Positions 10,647 to 22,402 are shown, counted from the stretch's first letter. The stretch: DNA of 32,000 nucleotides from Methanothrix sp. (GCF_024518575.1 NZ_JANIHG010000007.1:37035-69034); one strand, 5' to 3'. The notes: generated by a model not told the origin, from the sequence alone. Made by a program: numbers and translations.

Positions 10647-11129
10647 CTAAGGGCGCGGCAGTTCACTGATTTCATATCTGTCTTTGTTTGGGTTGACCAG
10701 GAGCTCCTCTGCGATCTTCCTGGCCACAGCCTCCGGATCATCTCCAGTTATGTAGAGCTTCCAGATATTGGCCCGCTGCACAGATCGTATCATCCTCAGA
10801 CCCAATCGCTTCACCAGACGGTCTCTTATCGATATGGCCTCACCGTCCTCGATCCAGAGGCTCACCTTCACAGGAACATAGCCGTTGCTCAGCTCCAGCG
10901 AGTCCACTGAGACCGCGAAGTTCTCCTTGTTCTCATTTACCAGCTCTCTGGTGAGCTGTTTTATCAGAGAGTCGGTATCGCTCACGTCTTCAGCCTCTAT
11001 GCTCAGGAGCCTTTCGCGCTTGACATCCCTGACGATTCCCTGGTAGCCCATGCGCCTCAGGAGCGTGTTCTTCACAGTGGCAGCCTCTGCATCTGGTATC
11101 TTGAGCCATACTCTCAGATTGATGATCAT
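10647..11129 (-). CDS. purS: PurS, tandem-duplicated (two PurS domains in one 160-aa chain)
   Basis: The start ATG 11129 overlaps the purQ stop (ATGA). Both halves fit the PurS pattern (half 1 INLRVWLKIPD...ELVNENKENFAVSV; half 2 VKVSLWIEDGE...ELLVNPNKDRYEI). The ORF-track start at 11285 lies inside purQ. Confidence 0.8.
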   Translation of the reverse strand: MIINLRVWLKIPDAEAATVKNTLLRRMGYQGIVRDVKRERLLSIEAEDVSDTDSLIKQLTRELVNENKENFAVSVDSLELSNGYVPVKVSLWIEDGEAISIRDRLVKRLGLRMIRSVQRANIWKLYITGDDPEAVARKIAEELLVNPNKDRYEISELPRP

Positions 11130-11914
11130 AATCGCCTCTCCTCTATGTATCTCCTCATCGATTCGAAGATGATCCTTCCAGGGCCATATCCCTGAACCCT
11201 GGGGTGCTTCCACGGGAGCTGCCATGCGAAGAATGCCCTCTCCGGATGCGGCATCATCCCCAGGACGTTGCCCTCTGGGTTGCATATGCCTGCGATGTTC
11301 TCCGTGGATCCGTTCACATTCACGGGAAACTCGTTGATGATCTCTCCTCGCTCGCTGCAGTACCTGAAAACGACCTGGCCATCATCGATGAGCCTTTCGA
11401 TGACCCTTTTATCCGCGGAAACAAGGTTCCCCTCTGCATGTGCGATCGGTATGCTCAGGATCTCCCCTCTTCTCAGAATGTAAGAGCCACTGCATCTCTT
11501 CTCCTCAGCATCATGCCTGAGCATCGTCCAGGCGCAGTAGTAGCCACGACGCACGATCTCTCCCCCTCGGATCATGACGTTCTGCGCAAGCGCCAGCCTC
11601 ACCCCATCCCCGAAGGGAAGTATTCCTGACTCCACAAGTATCTGGAAGCCGTTGCATATCCCTATGATCGGCTTTCCATTCGCAGCCTCCTCCCTCAGCG
11701 TGGCCATGACAGGCTCCTTGGATGCTATAACACCAGCGCGCACCCTGTCCTGGTATGAGAAGCCCCCTGGTATCACATACCCATCGAACTCGCAGAGCTC
11801 CTGCTCAGGCCGGTTCCATCTGAAGATCTCCCCCTCCATCCCGCACTCTTTTACAGCTACAAGCGTCTCATGCTCGCAGTTCGTGCCCGGGAACTGTATC
11901 ACAGCGATCCTCAT
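11126..11914 (-). CDS. purQ: FGAM synthase, glutaminase subunit
   Basis: 262 aa. MRIAVIQFPGTNCEHET, with the nucleophile Cys in PIIGICNGFQIL and MMPHPER at the C-terminal end. Confidence 0.93.
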   Translation of the reverse strand: MRIAVIQFPGTNCEHETLVAVKECGMEGEIFRWNRPEQELCEFDGYVIPGGFSYQDRVRAGVIASKEPVMATLREEAANGKPIIGICNGFQILVESGILPFGDGVRLALAQNVMIRGGEIVRRGYYCAWTMLRHDAEEKRCSGSYILRRGEILSIPIAHAEGNLVSADKRVIERLIDDGQVVFRYCSERGEIINEFPVNVNGSTENIAGICNPEGNVLGMMPHPERAFFAWQLPWKHPRVQGYGPGRIIFESMRRYIEERRL

Positions 11915-14217
11915 CTCATCGCCTCCCTCAGGCCAGAGCTCCAGGCATCTCTTGCATCCTCGGGATCGAGCCTCACAATCATCTTCCCCTTCCTCTCGAT
12001 CTCGATGCCGCCGGTCGATACTCTGCCAAGTCTTACTGGATTGAGATTGTAGCTCCTGGCGATGCTTGCGAACTCCTGCTCCGCTCCATCCACAACCTCG
12101 ACTATGAATCCTGAAGACTCCGAGAAGAGGAGCCTGTCAGGTCGCATATCGCCCAGATCTGATATGTCGATGGAGATTCCATGATCGGAGAGCATGCACA
12201 TCTCAGCCGCTGTTATCGCCATCCCGCCGTTCGATATGTCGTGAGCCGCCCGCAGTATCTCACGATCAATGGCATCTATGACCATGTAGATCATGGATCT
12301 CTCCAGCGGGAATCTGACAACAGGCACGTTCGCCCCTGTGACGCCCCAGATGACCCTATAGTACTCGGAGCCTCCGAGCTCATCGAACCTGGGGCCGAGA
12401 AGGTACACCCCATCACCTGCATCCTTCAACGACATCGTGATGGCCTTGCTGATATCTTTCATTATCCCAACACATGCGATGACAGGAGACGGGTCCACAG
12501 CTCCCTCAGGGGACTCGTTGTAGAAGCTCACGTTCCCTGAGACTATGGGGACAGGCTGGTCTGGATAACCCTTGAGCCAGAGGTTCTTGGCAGCATCAGC
12601 GAGACCACGAACCGATTCCCTGAACTCCCAGAAGGCTTCGGGCTTCTCCGGGTTGCCGAAGTTCAGGCAGTCTGTGAGCGTCGATGGGGTCGCGCCTATG
12701 GCGGCGACGTTCCTCATAGCCTCAGCGACGGCCGTAGCCCCTCCCCAGTAAGGACTTATCCTTCCATAAAACGGATTTGAGTCAACAGAGAGCGCGATCC
12801 CGAAATCCTTCCCCCTGATCGGGGCAAGGAGGCCTGCATCAGCCTCACCAGGCCGAATCACGGTATTTCCCTGAACCTCTGTATCGTAATACCTGTAGAT
12901 ATGCTCCCTGGAGGCGATGTTGGGGGAAGAGAGCAGGTCAAGCATCACCTTGTTGAGATCCTCAGGCATTCTCACATCAGGCTCGAGGAGGTTTCTGATC
13001 CTGGGCCGCCACGCCCTCTCGTATCTTATCCCTCCGGTCAGATGCTTTATGGGGACGTTCACAACCTCCTCGCCCCTGTGGCGGACTATGTATCTGTCGT
13101 GAGTCGTCATCCTGCCTATCACGCTCGCCCTCGCGCCCTCGTAGACGTTCGGCAGGTCCCAGTCCTCGTTGTATATCCTGAGAATCCTCTCGCGGAGCTC
13201 GGCAGGAGCTATTATCAGAAACCTCTCCTGCGTCTCGGCTATGCACAGAACCTCGGGCGGAAACTCGCCAGCGACGTGGAGCATGTCGAGATCGATCTCC
13301 ATGCCGTAGCCACCGGCTGCCCCCATCTCTGAGGATGCACAGGTGAGACCTCCGCCGCCCAGATCCTTGAAACCTATCTCGACGCCCTCCTCGCGCACGA
13401 GCCTGAAGAGATCCTCGTTGGCCTTGAAGAGAACGTTCTTCAGGAACGGATCCGGGATCTGGACCGCGCCGCGGTTCGCCTCCTCCTCTTCCTCCCTGAG
13501 CGTGTCGGATGCGAAGACGACGCCACCGAAACCTGAGGAGTCGGTTGGCTTTCCAACCAGGATGACATCGTAGTTCCTTTCGCCAGAACCTGGAGGCGCG
13601 CGCGACCTTATGATCTCATCCCTTCTCACCACACCGATCGCAACCACATTGACAAGACAGTTGTAGTCGAAGCACCTGCTGAAAACGACATCCCCAGCGA
13701 TGACCGGCACACCCAGGGCATTCCCGTACTGCCAGATCCCATCAACCACGCCCTCTGCGACCCAACGCACCCTGCTTGCCTCCCGTCCATACGGATCCCC
13801 AAAGCGGAGTGGATCTGCAGTCGCGACAACCCTTGCCCCCATGCAGTTCACATCGCGCACGATTCCGCCAATGCCGGTCGCCGCCCCCTCATTAGGGAGT
13901 ATCTGGCTCGGGTGGTTGTGGCTCTCGTGGGAAATCACCACACACCATTCATCGTCTATGCTCACGATCCCGGAGTCCTCGACAGGGCCGAGAACAACAT
14001 TCGGGCCCTCTGTCGGCAGGAACTCTCTGAGCACAGCCCTGCTGCTCTTGTACGAGCAGTGCTCGGACCACATGGCATCGTAGCAGAAGAGCTCGGACAG
14101 CGTCGGATCCCTTCCCAGGATCGACGCTATGGACCGCGCCTCTGATACAGACATGCCGATTCCCGCTTTCCTCAAACTGGATTCAAGCTCGCCATCGGCA
14201 AGACCGATTACCTTCAA
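11911..14217 (-). CDS. purL: FGAM synthase II, large subunit
   Basis: 768 aa with SHESHNHPS and GGIVRD motifs and duplicated PurM-like domains. Its stop overlaps the purQ start (ATGA). Confidence 0.95.
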   Translation of the reverse strand: MKVIGLADGELESSLRKAGIGMSVSEARSIASILGRDPTLSELFCYDAMWSEHCSYKSSRAVLREFLPTEGPNVVLGPVEDSGIVSIDDEWCVVISHESHNHPSQILPNEGAATGIGGIVRDVNCMGARVVATADPLRFGDPYGREASRVRWVAEGVVDGIWQYGNALGVPVIAGDVVFSRCFDYNCLVNVVAIGVVRRDEIIRSRAPPGSGERNYDVILVGKPTDSSGFGGVVFASDTLREEEEEANRGAVQIPDPFLKNVLFKANEDLFRLVREEGVEIGFKDLGGGGLTCASSEMGAAGGYGMEIDLDMLHVAGEFPPEVLCIAETQERFLIIAPAELRERILRIYNEDWDLPNVYEGARASVIGRMTTHDRYIVRHRGEEVVNVPIKHLTGGIRYERAWRPRIRNLLEPDVRMPEDLNKVMLDLLSSPNIASREHIYRYYDTEVQGNTVIRPGEADAGLLAPIRGKDFGIALSVDSNPFYGRISPYWGGATAVAEAMRNVAAIGATPSTLTDCLNFGNPEKPEAFWEFRESVRGLADAAKNLWLKGYPDQPVPIVSGNVSFYNESPEGAVDPSPVIACVGIMKDISKAITMSLKDAGDGVYLLGPRFDELGGSEYYRVIWGVTGANVPVVRFPLERSMIYMVIDAIDREILRAAHDISNGGMAITAAEMCMLSDHGISIDISDLGDMRPDRLLFSESSGFIVEVVDGAEQEFASIARSYNLNPVRLGRVSTGGIEIERKGKMIVRLDPEDARDAWSSGLREAMR

Positions 14218-14278
14218 TGGACCACACCTCGGATGTGAGCTCTCCGGTCAGGGCCGCTTATGAAGATATCGATGGACG

Positions 14279-14389
14279 TGCTGTGTTGAATAATGTTTGA
14301 GAATCCCATAGGCTCGATTCATACGAATTGCAATTCTAGTAAAAATCGATAGCTATCGACCTTAGAGCTCTTAATTATTCAACACAGCA
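14279..14389 (-). mobile_element. MITE copy 1 (111 bp), inverted relative to copies 2 and 3
   Basis: Perfect 16-bp terminal inverted repeats, TGCTGTGTTGAATAAT (14279-14294) and ATTATTCAACACAGCA (14374-14389). Flanked by the perfect 8-bp direct repeat GATGGACG (14271-14278 and 14390-14397). Confidence 0.85.
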
Positions 14390-14604
14390 GATGGACGAGA
14401 AATTTGTTTGTGGAAGAGATGCTCCAAGTCAAGGGATACGGTCTGTGCCCGAACTCCAGAGCTGATCAACACGATCCTGCGCTGTTCAAATCTTGGTCTG
14501 GCACACATGGAGGCTGTCGAAAACCAATCGAAATATGAAAGATGTCGGACCGCAGGCTACATGGGCCGCAGCCATTAAAATTATGCCGCATGTGAATGCG
14601 GCTT

Positions 14605-15018
14605 TCAGTTCATCTGATGAAGCTTGTAGAGCCCGGTCTGGACGATCGGGACGGGACTCTGCGGCGTCCAGTCCTCTCTCAGAAAGTCGTAGATGGCGTA
14701 TCCAGAGGCCAGAAGCTGCTTGTCCTTGTTCTGCCAGACTGCATAGTCCACTGGAGGCTCGAACTTGCTCGGCGTCCAGTCGCCCTTCAGAACGCTGTAG
14801 ATGTTGGCTGTGCTGTTTTCGAGCGTCTTGTTCTTATTTGGCCATACCGCTGTATCGTTTATGGGCATGAATGTGCTTGGGGTCCAGCTGTCGTTGAGAA
14901 ACGCTGCCATAGACTCTGTGGTCACAAACTCTGACTCAGGGGATAGATAGCTCACATCAACCCCCATAACCGGGATCAGCATCAACAAAGCAACTGTGAG
15001 TGCTATGATCTCTCTCAT
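14605..15018 (-). CDS. Small secreted or membrane-anchored protein with ~36-aa internal repeats; function unknown
   Basis: Start at ATG 15018 gives the signal-like N-terminus MREIIALTVALLMLIPVMG. Three repeats are built around (D)WTP(S/Q)xFxPxxDxAVW(P/Q)NK(N/D)K, and several N-x-S/T sequons are present. Confidence 0.55.
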   Translation of the reverse strand: MREIIALTVALLMLIPVMGVDVSYLSPESEFVTTESMAAFLNDSWTPSTFMPINDTAVWPNKNKTLENSTANIYSVLKGDWTPSKFEPPVDYAVWQNKDKQLLASGYAIYDFLREDWTPQSPVPIVQTGLYKLHQMN

Positions 15019-15106
15019 GATTCCCGCGATACTACTGTAATGCGGATAAAGCTTTCTGTCGTCGAGCGACGAAGATGCACAGAACAACATCTCAGGGCGC
15101 AGAGGT

Positions 15107-17420
<2,314 letters not shown>

Positions 17421-17431
17421 AGCGAAGAGCA

Positions 17432-17698
17432 TCATGCGCACCTCTCCCTGATCTCGGCGAGCTCGATGATCGGCTCAAGCACATCTCTCGGTATGAACAT
17501 GCTCTCGCCGATTCTGTTCATGGCGACCCATGTGTTGAGCGATGTGCATATTATAAGAACAGATCTCTCATCAGCGACCCTACAGGATATCTCTGAAGCG
17601 ATCTCGCTCTTGTTCGTGATCGTCAAACCATGAGCGCACTCGATCGCTTTCAGGTGCATCAGAGCCCTTTCAGCGACCCTCGACCTGGATTCCCCCAT
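17432..17698 (-). CDS. Hypothetical protein (88 aa)
   Basis: This ORF fills the pscS/cfbA gap. I recognise no family motif, so coding status is unproven. Confidence 0.35.
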   Translation of the reverse strand: MGESRSRVAERALMHLKAIECAHGLTITNKSEIASEISCRVADERSVLIICTSLNTWVAMNRIGESMFIPRDVLEPIIELAEIRERCA

Positions 17699-17825
17699 AA
17701 CTCAGTCTCAATTAACGTCACAGGCCATAATTTTTCCGCTAGATTCTCATGGGTAGATTTATTACACATGAGATCGAGCTGCATTAACACTGAAATAGTT
17801 AAAAGTAGCAAATGGAGCTCTGAAG

Positions 17826-18215
17826 ATGGAGGACATAGGACTTCTTGTGCTCGGGCATGGCAGCACGCTGCCTTACAACAAGGCTCTGGTGGAGGAGCTG
17901 GCAGGGATGATAAAAAGAAAGCATCCAGGGCCGGTCAGAACCGCTTATCTAAATGCAAATGATCCGAAGATACCAGAGGGTCTCATGAGCTTCGCCGGCA
18001 CCAACGTGAGGAGGATTGTGGCCATCCCTCTCTTCCTCGCAGCCGGGGTACACACTCTGGAGGACATCCCCAGGGAGCTGGGGATCCCGAAGGGCAAGCG
18101 CGTTGGTGTTGTCAAAATAGATGGCAGGGATGTGGAGGTGACATGCGCCGAGCCGCTCGGCGTCGATGAATGCATTGCGGATCTCGCTTATCGGAGGGCC
18201 AGAGAGAGCTTATAG
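17826..18215 (+). CDS. cfbA: Small CbiX-type chelatase; from context, sirohydrochlorin nickelochelatase CfbA
   Basis: 129 aa CbiX(S): GLLVLGHGSTLPYNK...IPLFLAAGVHTLEDIP. It lies directly upstream of cfbE and cfbD. Confidence 0.8.
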   Translation: MEDIGLLVLGHGSTLPYNKALVEELAGMIKRKHPGPVRTAYLNANDPKIPEGLMSFAGTNVRRIVAIPLFLAAGVHTLEDIPRELGIPKGKRVGVVKIDGRDVEVTCAEPLGVDECIADLAYRRARESL

Positions 18216-18220
18216 GGCCT

Positions 18221-19429
18221 GTGGCTGTCCTCGACTCGATACATGGCGCAGATATCATAGCATCAAGGCTCAGAGAGCTCGGCATCGATGCAGAGGCGCT
18301 CGAGGTCTACCACAACAGCCACAGCATGGAGGGATACTCTCTCGTTGTGGCTCCTGTCCACCTCTCCCCTCAGAACAGGTCATTGTCAGATGCCAGGCGG
18401 CTTGGAAAGAGGATCATCTCGCATCACAGAGCCGTGGGGTTGATCCTGGGAGAGAGGGAGTTCAGGGCATTTGAGATAACAGGGACCAGGGGGAAGACAA
18501 CCACAGCCCTTTTGCTGGCGCTTATCCTCTCGCACGAGATGCGCGTCGTCTCGCACACCACCAGCGGCATCGAGCTCTGGAACCGCGGGAAGAGGTCGCT
18601 CATCAGATCCGGCCTGAGCATAACCCCTGGGAATCTCATAGCCGCTCATCAGATCGCATCAGAGGAGAGGGCTGATGCTCTTGTCTCAGAGGTCTCGCTC
18701 GGCGGCACTGGCGCGTTCGATGTCGGCGTTATAACAAGCCTCGCAGGAGATTACCTCATAGCAGGCAGTTCCATGTGGGCGAGCACTGCAAAGCTACAGA
18801 TGCTCTCGCTCTCAGATCCGGCTGCGAGGATCGTGGCGAACACCGATACGAGGCTATCCGCGGACATCACATTCGGCGACGGCGGTGATGTGAGGTTCTG
18901 CGGGAGATCTGTCATGATCAGAGGGGAATCCTATCCACTCTCGCTGGGCGAAGCGCTGGATCTCCCTGCATATTCCGATGGGATCGCAGGTGCGCTGGCA
19001 GCAGCAATCTCGATTGGAGTGGATGTACAGAACGCGGCGGATGCTCTTGAGGGCTTCGAGGGCTTCAAGGGCCGGATGTCACGGTATCAGCTCGACGGTG
19101 TTAGCGTCATCGACAACTCGAACTCCGGGCTGAAGGTCTCCGGCATCGAGAGGGCGCTCGATCTCGCATCTGGTGGTCGTATATGTCTCGTCGCTGGAGA
19201 GGATGCGGAGAGCGTCTGCGAGGGGCTTGATATTGATGCTCTTGTGAGGATGATCGAGTCGAGAAGGGAGGAGATAGATGAGCTCGTGCTGGTTGGGATG
19301 AGGCTTGAGCCGCACGCCCCCCGGCTCAGGGGATACACAGCACGCAACTTCCAGGAAGGGCTCGAGGTCGCCCGCAGACACGCATCCTCGGGGGACCATC
19401 TGGTTTTATGTGTTAAATGCTTCAGGTGA
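18221..19429 (+). CDS. cfbE: Coenzyme F430 synthetase CfbE (Mur-ligase family)
   Basis: Mur-ligase P-loop [10 protein letters not shown]. The N-terminus [17 protein letters not shown] matches the family start if GTG 18221 is used, 5 bp after the cfbA stop. The track's ATG 18170 would overlap cfbA by 46 nt. Confidence 0.8.
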   Translation: MAVLDSIHGADIIASRLRELGIDAEALEVYHNSHSMEGYSLVVAPVHLSPQNRSLSDARRLGKRIISHHRAVGLILGEREFRAFEITGTRGKTTTALLLALILSHEMRVVSHTTSGIELWNRGKRSLIRSGLSITPGNLIAAHQIASEERADALVSEVSLGGTGAFDVGVITSLAGDYLIAGSSMWASTAKLQMLSLSDPAARIVANTDTRLSADITFGDGGDVRFCGRSVMIRGESYPLSLGEALDLPAYSDGIAGALAAAISIGVDVQNAADALEGFEGFKGRMSRYQLDGVSVIDNSNSGLKVSGIERALDLASGGRICLVAGEDAESVCEGLDIDALVRMIESRREEIDELVLVGMRLEPHAPRLRGYTARNFQEGLEVARRHASSGDHLVLCVKCFR

Positions 19430-19434
19430 TATCG

Positions 19435-20544
19435 ATGAGTACAGAAGTTCAGGTTATTCACCCCCGCCCCAGCTCGATAGTGGCGGCCCTTTACACTCTG
19501 CGGGATCTTGGAGTTGATGTGATCATACTCCACGGACCCAGCGGATGCTGCTTCAAGCACGCGAGGCTTTTAGAAGAAGATGGCGTCAGGGTCCTGACCA
19601 CCGGCCTCGATGAGAGGGGTTTCGTCTTCGGAGGGCAGGAGCAGCTTGTGAGACTGCTGAGAAGAGCTGTGGAGCTGTTCGATCCCAAGATCATAGCGGT
19701 CGCTGGAACATGCAGCAGCATGATAATAGGCGAGGATCTGCACAAGGCTGTGGTGGATGCGAATATCGATGTACCTGTCATAGAGGCTGAGGTCCATGCC
19801 GGGTACAGGGACAACACGAAGGGTGTGATCATAACACTCGAGGCTGCGAGGGATGCCGGCATAATAGATGATCAGGAGCTCCAGCGCCAGAAGAGGCTCC
19901 TGGAAAAGGCAACCGAGATCGAGCGGCTCTACGGCGCTGCGAGCAGCGAGTACCTGCCGCCGGAGAGAGGCGATGTCAAGTTCGTCGTTGCATCCAGACT
20001 CCTGGATCTTCTCGTGGATGGAAAGAGGGGGCTCAACATACTGAACGCGAAGAAGGAGACCGCGTACATGTTCGCGGACATCAACCTATCTCTCATAGAG
20101 GTTGCCAGGGCTCTGGGGTGTGAGGATAGGATAAGAACGCTTGCGAACATCGACTCTGATGTGGGACTGCCCAAGGTCAGAGAGGATGCGAGGAACATAG
20201 CAGATGCTCTGAAAGAGAGAGGTATGAGATTCGAGATCACAGGAGGTCTTGATGAGTATCCGGTTGCTGGAGAGCGTGTGGAGGATATGATTGAGGGGGA
20301 GGATTATGACTTCGCCTTGATCTCCGGGGTTCCGCACGCGATACCGATCGATGCGCTGGGGGGGATGGAGCTCTTCTCGGTGACAAACGGCCCCAGACAG
20401 GTCAGGCCCCTGAGGGATCTGGGCCATCATCATGTTGTTGTGGAGATAGATCTCCATCCAAAGACCATGGGCGTCAGCACGATCGTCGAGTCAGAGTTCG
20501 GCGCCACTCTCAGGGAGGTCGCGAGGAGAAGGGGCATCCTGTAA
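19435..20544 (+). CDS. cfbD: Ni-sirohydrochlorin a,c-diamide reductive cyclase subunit CfbD (NifD/NflD-like)
   Basis: [46 protein letters not shown]...[19 protein letters not shown] 19435 lies 5 bp after the cfbE stop. Confidence 0.8.
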   Translation: MSTEVQVIHPRPSSIVAALYTLRDLGVDVIILHGPSGCCFKHARLLEEDGVRVLTTGLDERGFVFGGQEQLVRLLRRAVELFDPKIIAVAGTCSSMIIGEDLHKAVVDANIDVPVIEAEVHAGYRDNTKGVIITLEAARDAGIIDDQELQRQKRLLEKATEIERLYGAASSEYLPPERGDVKFVVASRLLDLLVDGKRGLNILNAKKETAYMFADINLSLIEVARALGCEDRIRTLANIDSDVGLPKVREDARNIADALKERGMRFEITGGLDEYPVAGERVEDMIEGEDYDFALISGVPHAIPIDALGGMELFSVTNGPRQVRPLRDLGHHHVVVEIDLHPKTMGVSTIVESEFGATLREVARRRGIL

Positions 20545-20711
20545 AAACGGTGCTGAGCTGCACCGGACAGACAGGGCTGCCTCTTGGGACACCATAGCCC
20601 GTACTGCTTTCGATATGCTCATAGGAGTGTGCGTGGCGAGGGGCAGCAACATCGCCCGTCTTGAGATCGTATGTTTGTCATTCAGCGTGCTCTCAAGGAC
20701 CAGCGCATTCG

Positions 20712-21011
20712 CTACAGCAGCTCGAGCGCCTCTCGTCCCGACATCCCCTCTTTTATGCCGAGCTTTTTGGCAGCGCTGTTCGCCTCAAATACCTCTCCCC
20801 TCAGGAGATCATCAACATTCGCTATCAGCCCGCCGGTGCTGGATCTCACCCTAGCTGCCGGATATCCATGCCGGTCGAGGGCGCTGACGTCATATGCGCC
20901 GCAGCCCACCATCCCACGGTCTGTGACCGCGCAGACAAGCTTGAGATATCCAAGACTTATCACGTAGCCGTCAGCGACCTTCCTGCTCAGCTGTACTACC
21001 TCATGAATCAT
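20712..21011 (-). CDS. DUF1805-like small protein
   Basis: 99 aa. YLKLVCAVTDRGMVGCGAYDVSALDRHGYPAARV...VDDLL resembles the YunC/DUF1805 family as I recall it. Confidence 0.5.
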   Translation of the reverse strand: MIHEVVQLSRKVADGYVISLGYLKLVCAVTDRGMVGCGAYDVSALDRHGYPAARVRSSTGGLIANVDDLLRGEVFEANSAAKKLGIKEGMSGREALELL

Positions 21012-21118
21012 CGATCACGCCTCCCATGTTGAGCAGCGCACTCGTACGTTGGGATCGCTAGCCTATGACCTCACAGCTCGAGATTCTCTTCAGCGATTCG
21101 AGCTGATCGCAGGTCTGT

Positions 21119-22006
21119 CTAACATGTCTGGAAGTATATCTTCCCATCGCGTATGATGCGTGCAATCCTTCCAGCATCCTCGAGTATCTTCAGGTACTTC
21201 ACAGCATCCTCATAGGGGAGGCAAGATTCGCTCTGAAGATCCTCAAGTGTCATGGGCTCGCGAAGGAGATCTGCAATCCGCTCCTCAGCATCATCCGGGA
21301 CCCTCCAGTCCCAGTCCGGTATCAGCTCGGCGCCTTTGAATATCCGGAGCATCCTGAGCATCTCATCCCTCCTCAGCGGCAGCACAGGCTCGGCCGGCGG
21401 CCTGACCACAGTGTTGAGCTGTATCCTGTCTGGCTCGATCTCCTCTGCGGCCCTGGCGATCATAGGTGCATCAATCTCGTTTACATCCCGGACAAGCATC
21501 ACCTCGAGCCATATCTCCCCGCCGAACTCTGATCTGAAGGCCCGCAGCCCATCGATTATATCCTTTATCCTAAGACCGACAGCCGGCCGATTTATCCTCT
21601 CGAAGGTCTCCTGGGTTGCCGCATCCAGTGAGGGGAGAACAAGATCTGCCTGGCCCACCTCCTCCCTGACATGCTCGTCGATGAGAAGACTGCTGTTCGT
21701 TATGACCGCAATCGGCCTGTCGATCAGCTTCCTCGCAGCCCGTATGATCTCCCCCAGGCCTGAGTGGAGCGTCGGCTCTCCCGATCCTGCGAACGTTAGG
21801 TAGTCAAAATCGATATCTGATACCCTGGAGATCTCCCTGATAACAGCCTCCTCAGGAACGTAGCGATCCCTCCTCATTGTCAGACATGTTGTGGCGCCTA
21901 TCTCACAGTAGCAGCAGTCCATGCTGCACGTCTTGAGTGGCAGCAGATCTACACCCATCGAGAGGCCGAGCCTCCTTGAGAGAACAGGCCCGAAGATGTA
22001 CCGCAT
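21119..22006 (-). CDS. Radical SAM protein (COG0731-like) with a C-terminal wHTH-like tail
   Basis: N-terminus GPVLSRRLGLSMGVDLLPLKTCSMDCCYCE (CxxxCxxC cluster) and GSGEPTL. The C-terminus LEDLQSESCLPYEDAVKYLKILEDAGRIARI looks like a winged helix. Confidence 0.8.
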   Translation of the reverse strand: MRYIFGPVLSRRLGLSMGVDLLPLKTCSMDCCYCEIGATTCLTMRRDRYVPEEAVIREISRVSDIDFDYLTFAGSGEPTLHSGLGEIIRAARKLIDRPIAVITNSSLLIDEHVREEVGQADLVLPSLDAATQETFERINRPAVGLRIKDIIDGLRAFRSEFGGEIWLEVMLVRDVNEIDAPMIARAAEEIEPDRIQLNTVVRPPAEPVLPLRRDEMLRMLRIFKGAELIPDWDWRVPDDAEERIADLLREPMTLEDLQSESCLPYEDAVKYLKILEDAGRIARIIRDGKIYFQTC

Positions 22007-22238
22007 CCCGTAACAGAGATGCGGATCTCATTATATCTAAGTTTTGAGTGGATCGGGAGCGTCCGAATAAGGGTGCGTGATAACAATATCTTCGAAACTC
22101 GCACTATCAGCTTCAATCCCTTATTACAGTTCAAGCATATGTTGTGCTTTCTAACCGTTGAAGAGACTGGACCGATCCAGGATCACACCGGCTTGCTCAA
22201 GGGCGCGCTGCTCTGCGTTGACCCCCTCCATAGCACAG

Positions 22239-22354
22239 TGTTGTGTTGAATAATTAAGAGCTCTAAGGTCGAAAGCTGTTGATTTTTACTAGGATTGCAA
22301 TCCGTATGAATCCAGCCTCTGCTATCGGATTCTCAAACATTATTCAACACAGCA
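22239..22354 (+). mobile_element. MITE copy 2 (116 bp)
   Basis: Terminal inverted repeats TGtTGTGTTGAATAAT (one mismatch) and ATTATTCAACACAGCA. Perfect 8-bp target-site duplication TAGCACAG at 22231-22238 and 22355-22362. The element ends 48 bp upstream of the SIS gene ATG. Confidence 0.85.
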
Positions 22355-22402
22355 TAGCACAGGAAAAGCTTATCTTCAGACATCCCAATAGCAGGACCCA
22401 AC

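Noticed and set aside
10641-10656. GCGCCC-CTAA-GGGCGC hairpin spanning the purS stop codon
   Set aside because: It is a 6-bp stem largely inside coding sequence with no oligo-T tract following. There is not enough evidence to call it a terminator.
18170-18220. ATG 18170 as the cfbE start, overlapping cfbA by 46 nt
   Set aside because: The conserved CfbE N-terminus (VAVLDSIHG...) begins at GTG 18221, just after the cfbA stop. The upstream residues look like out-of-frame cfbA sequence.
22060-22075. GTCCGAATAAG, a partial match to the 39-bp repeat
   Set aside because: Only 11 nt match and there is no flanking similarity, so it is probably coincidental.
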